From a virus, in the IMG/VR virus record IMGVR_UViG_3300002063_000003: a DNA stretch of 42,604 nucleotides. One strand, written 5' to 3'. Positions 38,977 through 42,604 of the stretch are shown here, in pieces (within the stretch, counting starts at the first letter, position 1; every line of letters begins with the position of its first letter). The position numbers and the translations under genes are program-made. The notes under the pieces are model-generated. The model made no database searches and was not told the origin of the DNA. It saw nothing but the letters and a program-made list of their open reading frames with translations.

Positions 38977-40143
38977 TTATTGAAAGTCTGCGAATTCATC
39001 TTCATCGCCAAGAGGGTTTCCCGATCTATTTATTTGTTCTAGATCACTGGCATCGGTAAATGCAGATGCGGCACCAAAAGATTGTGCTAACCTACCTCTT
39101 ACTTTTTCTATATCAGCTAGGTTTCTATCTTTTAATGTAGATAGTACTTTTCTCATGTCAGCCTGATCTTGTTTAGTGAAAGCTATATTCTCAGCACCAG
39201 ATTCTTGGTTTATGACTCTTAAGGCCTTACTAATAAAATCTTGCCTACCTGATACAGACCTCAAGTCAGCCTCTGTGATAACTCCGACTTTCTCAACGGC
39301 TTTAATTAAAGCTCTACCAGATATAGCTAGTTTAAAAGGGCTTCCTTCTGTGCCTAGCACAGCTTCTGCTGCCTCAATTTGAGTCAAAGCCTGATTTGCG
39401 CCCTGCACGACCTTGTTGGATTCAAAGGCCTTTACAAACTCCTTCTTTTCAGTTGCAGGCAGTTTCTGTATTTCAATATCCAACTTCTTTTCTCTAATCT
39501 GCCTATCTTTAGCACTACGAGCATTTAAAGACTCTCTGTTCTTCTCGGTTTGTATCTGACCTAGTTTACTAACGCTTTCGCTTTTACCAGAAACACTCAC
39601 TAGGTTACCTTGAGTGTCTCTAATGAATTCGTTGCCCTGCTTATCAATTAAAGTAGTTTGGTTTCCAACCACACTCTTACTTTCCTTCAGCTCACCTTGG
39701 GCGTTAACTTCTTTCTGTAAATTTAACTGATTGTCGAATATTTGATCAGCAATGGCAGCTCGTTGCTTAGAATCTGCTTGCTCTAATTGTATCTCGGTTA
39801 CATCCTGCTTAAAAGCTGCATCGCTTCGCTCATCAACTCTTTTCTGTGTTTCAGCTGTAATCTTGTTAAGGGTCTGTCCAGCAGCAGCACCAAATTGAGA
39901 GCCTGCTAAAGCACCATCTTCTCCGCCAAATAGTCCACCAATAAGCATACCTATTGCTTGGGAGCCAAATGCTTTGCCAATATCAGAGAAAGATGTTCCT
40001 TGCTCAGGTGCAACCTTATTTTGCTTACCTTTATCAGTCAACCTCCTCTTTCTTTTTAGAGGGGACTCAGAACCTAACTCCTGTCTCCTCTGTTCTATAT
40101 CGACTAGAACCTTTCTGCTTGGTTTACGAATATCTTCTGACAT
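38977..40143 (-). CDS. Internal virion protein candidate
   Basis: 388 aa with a Gly-rich hydrophobic segment GMLIGGLFGGEDGALAGSQFGAAAG followed by a long charged helical region. Confidence 0.5.
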   Translation of the reverse strand: MSEDIRKPSRKVLVDIEQRRQELGSESPLKRKRRLTDKGKQNKVAPEQGTSFSDIGKAFGSQAIGMLIGGLFGGEDGALAGSQFGAAAGQTLNKITAETQKRVDERSDAAFKQDVTEIQLEQADSKQRAAIADQIFDNQLNLQKEVNAQGELKESKSVVGNQTTLIDKQGNEFIRDTQGNLVSVSGKSESVSKLGQIQTEKNRESLNARSAKDRQIREKKLDIEIQKLPATEKKEFVKAFESNKVVQGANQALTQIEAAEAVLGTEGSPFKLAISGRALIKAVEKVGVITEADLRSVSGRQDFISKALRVINQESGAENIAFTKQDQADMRKVLSTLKDRNLADIEKVRGRLAQSFGAASAFTDASDLEQINRSGNPLGDEDEFADFQ

Positions 40144-40859
40144 TACTTTTTGCCTCCACTTTGTTTACTAGCTTCAGCGGCTGCTATTAGACTCGCCGCC
40201 TCTTGTTGTCTGATAGCATTTCTTTCATTAGAGACTAAGTTAGAGAAACCTAATTGTGCCTGTAGGTTTAGGGCTTTTTCTTTTTCTCCCTGGGAGATAT
40301 CGAACTGTGCTGTTTTAAAGGCAAAATTAGCTAAGTTATTTGTGGCTGCAGCCTGTTCTTGGCCTCTCTGCAGGGCTAAAGAAGATTCTAGGTTACCCCT
40401 AGCATTAAGAGCCTGTGCCTGTAGTTGTAGCTCTGCTGCGGCAGCAGCCCCTCCTCGGACCCCTGACCTTCCAAGAGATCCCGAAAGCTGCCTACTAGAG
40501 CTGGATTGTTGTCCCTGAAGTTGGTTTAGGGCTATTGATCTCCTCAGATTAGTCTGATCATTATCTCCTTCCGCTGCAGAAGTTAGCCTTTTACGTATAT
40601 CTTCAATTGAAGAGTTTCCTGATAGACGCTCTAGGCCGTCGCCTACAATGCGGCTAGCAAAATCACTACCTTGGGAAATGTCTGAATTTGCGTTACTAGA
40701 TGCTCGTGATTGTATTTGCTCTGGTGTTAGTTTTGCATTCCCTGCAGTAGCTATTGGAGTAGATCCACCCAAAGCATCATCTGCCTTAGAGCCTAACACA
40801 CCCCCTAAAAGGCTGTGCTGTGATCCCACTATTTTACCTATATCATCAAATATACCCAT
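40143..40859 (-). CDS. Internal virion protein candidate
   Basis: 238 aa, Gly/Ser/Ala/Gln-rich and of low complexity. Start and stop coupled to neighbours. Confidence 0.5.
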   Translation of the reverse strand: MGIFDDIGKIVGSQHSLLGGVLGSKADDALGGSTPIATAGNAKLTPEQIQSRASSNANSDISQGSDFASRIVGDGLERLSGNSSIEDIRKRLTSAAEGDNDQTNLRRSIALNQLQGQQSSSSRQLSGSLGRSGVRGGAAAAAELQLQAQALNARGNLESSLALQRGQEQAAATNNLANFAFKTAQFDISQGEKEKALNLQAQLGFSNLVSNERNAIRQQEAASLIAAAEASKQSGGKK

Positions 40860-40862
40860 TCA

Positions 40863-41165
40863 TTACTCCATAATTATTACTTTTGCGGTTATTTTGTTTG
40901 TTCCTGTGTTTTTTAAAAAAATAGATTCAGCAGTCCATTGTTGCTGGCCATCTATTATCTGGCCTTGTGCTGACTGTCCACCTATTATATAGTATGTCGG
41001 GATAGATTGCAAGTTATGGGCTACCTCAACTTCTTCTCCTGCATTTAAAGTGACCTGAACAGTGTCTGCAGCAAAGTTGTCTTCAAAGCTAAGTCTCCTT
41101 AAGACTATTCCCAATTCCCTTAAGAGGTCCTTAAGGCCAAATATTCTTTCTATACTAAATCTCAT
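40863..41165 (-). CDS. Small virion-module protein
   Basis: 100-aa ORF with a TAATG junction to the upstream large gene. Confidence 0.5.
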   Translation of the reverse strand: MRFSIERIFGLKDLLRELGIVLRRLSFEDNFAADTVQVTLNAGEEVEVAHNLQSIPTYYIIGGQSAQGQIIDGQQQWTAESIFLKNTGTNKITAKVIIME

Positions 41166-42604
41166 TACCTATTTCTCATGTACGTATCGTGTTCAGATGC
41201 TATCTCGACTTCAAATCCTGTTAATAGTATGTTTTCATATATGTTAGTATTTGAAAATATGTACCTAATTACCCTAGTTTTTTGGGGTTTTAGCCTTATT
41301 CTGCGGTGTTTAGACCTAGGTTCCCCCCAGGGAGTTACACCCCACTCAAATAGGCCCCAACCATCTGTAGGCTCATTAAAATCTAATGTACCTTTTGATA
41401 CTGTAGTATAAGTCCACTCATGTTGTGTTTCGATATCAATTGAGAATTCCGTCTCATCAAAGTTCTGTAATAAAGTATCTAGTGAGTATATTTTTAGTCT
41501 GACGTGCTTTTTAGGAACAGAAGGTTCCCCGTAAGATAGCCAGTTTGAGCCGTATAGCACTTTAACGGCTGCCTCATTGTCAGCATAATCAATATCTGTG
41601 CCTGTATTTAGAGTAGTATTTACTATAAACTCATTAGCGCCACTAGTGCTTAGCTGGTCTTGAACAAAGTATATTTTTTCTTCAAACTTAGCTGCACCAT
41701 TAGCTAGGTTAATATTGTTCCAAACACTCCATGAACCTGTTCTTGAGTGAAAAGCTAAGGTACGTGAGTCAGAACTAAATCTGTTGCCCCCTATTCTTTC
41801 TGGCAAGTTTATAAGTAAGACATCTTCCTCGTGCCAATGGATTGAGAATGCTCTAATAGAGTGTACTTTACGTAGTTCAGTCTCAAATAGGGAATGTATC
41901 TGCTTACTTCGTAAGGTCAATGAGCTACCACTGACTGAGTATACTCCTTTATTTCCCAGAAACCAGAGTTCCCTATTGTACTCAACTATGGACTGGTTGG
42001 AAATACATCCTACATCTTCATCTGACAGAGTGTCTACTTGGAAGTTGGTTCCATTTAACTCTCCTGTGACCACAAATATAGAGTTGGCTTTAAATATGAA
42101 AAGGTTATTATCTAGTGATTGAATACCAGAGTTTGCTCCTCCGTCCCTTGACTCGGTTATAAACGAGGCTAGTTCGTAGAACCTGTGTGTATCTCGAATG
42201 TCTTCAAATAATACTTTATCTACATCATCAGGTGTTCCTGTAAGGACTATCTGATTTCTCCATATGTCTATATAGGCATACTTGCTAGTATCTACTGTTG
42301 AAAACAAAGGTAAGTCAAAGGTCTCTACTAAATCGTCATCTAAAGTTGTGTCTACAAATGTGGTAGTAGTTGTTAAGGGAAGTTCATCGACTACGAAGAA
42401 AGTATTGCCCTCGTCTACCGTCCTTAGTATTAAAACAGTTGCATTAGTTGTGCCATACTCTTCATATATAGTAGCGTCAGGTAAAGTAAGGGATGCAGCT
42501 CCAACACTATCTAATACATCTGAAGTTACTGTGTAGGTCGGGTTCCCTTGATTATCTTCAAACTTATATACAATGCGGTATTGATAAATCTCAGTTCCCG
42601 TGGA
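41165..42604 (-). CDS. Large virion structural protein, C-terminal part (continuation of 826..1)
   Basis: The track ORF 41165..42307 starts at an internal TTG. Manual check shows the frame stays open through 42604 and matches the frame of 826..1 via the 49-bp repeat. Confidence 0.7.
   Translation of the reverse strand, partial: STGTEIYQYRIVYKFEDNQGNPTYTVTSDVLDSVGAASLTLPDATIYEEYGTTNATVLILRTVDEGNTFFVVDELPLTTTTTFVDTTLDDDLVETFDLPLFSTVDTSKYAYIDIWRNQIVLTGTPDDVDKVLFEDIRDTHRFYELASFITESRDGGANSGIQSLDNNLFIFKANSIFVVTGELNGTNFQVDTLSDEDVGCISNQSIVEYNRELWFLGNKGVYSVSGSSLTLRSKQIHSLFETELRKVHSIRAFSIHWHEEDVLLINLPERIGGNRFSSDSRTLAFHSRTGSWSVWNNINLANGAAKFEEKIYFVQDQLSTSGANEFIVNTTLNTGTDIDYADNEAAVKVLYGSNWLSYGEPSVPKKHVRLKIYSLDTLLQNFDETEFSIDIETQHEWTYTTVSKGTLDFNEPTDGWGLFEWGVTPWGEPRSKHRRIRLKPQKTRVIRYIFSNTNIYENILLTGFEVEIASEHDTYMRNR
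42556..42604. repeat. Terminal direct repeat, right copy (identical to 1-49)
   Basis: Same 49-mer as bases 1-49. This implies a circular or terminally redundant assembly with a 42,555-nt unit. Confidence 0.97.

Overview
This 42,604-nt window reads as one complete, circularly closed dsDNA phage genome with a unit length of 42,555 nt. Bases 1-49 recur exactly at 42556-42604, and a 738-codon virion gene runs in frame across that junction. The genes form two arms. The long minus-strand arm runs 22196 -> 1 and wraps to 42555 -> 35907. It carries small early genes, an HTH/small-terminase candidate, a secreted serine protease, large terminase, RusA, portal, scaffold, major capsid, four fibre-like proteins, adaptor/nozzle-like proteins and internal (ejection) proteins. 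The plus-strand arm (about 22467 -> 35906) carries prim-pol/helicase, a PD-(D/E)XK exonuclease, family A DNA polymerase, a DnaQ-like exonuclease, an M15 endolysin and many small accessory genes. I recognised no tape-measure/sheath/tube genes, phage RNA polymerase, integrase, CI-like repressor, tRNA or CRISPR array. It therefore looks like a lytic podovirus-type phage that uses host sigma70-like promoters and strong Shine-Dalgarno sites. The items most worth follow-up are: (1) two homologous, riboswitch-sized structured RNA elements (26541-26779 and 28699-28888) with compensatory base changes, bracketing an accessory cassette; (2) a 916-nt ORF-free region (19301-20216) with a near-consensus leftward promoter feeding the late operon; (3) a parvovirus-VP1u-like phospholipase A2 motif protein inside the fibre block; (4) a signal-peptide trypsin-like protease wedged between the terminase genes, plus an active/degenerate pair of lipoprotein metallopeptidase paralogues; (5) DUF2829 (Tad2-like) and MazZ-like accessory genes. 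All functional calls come from motif reading and gene order only. No database search or folding computation was possible.
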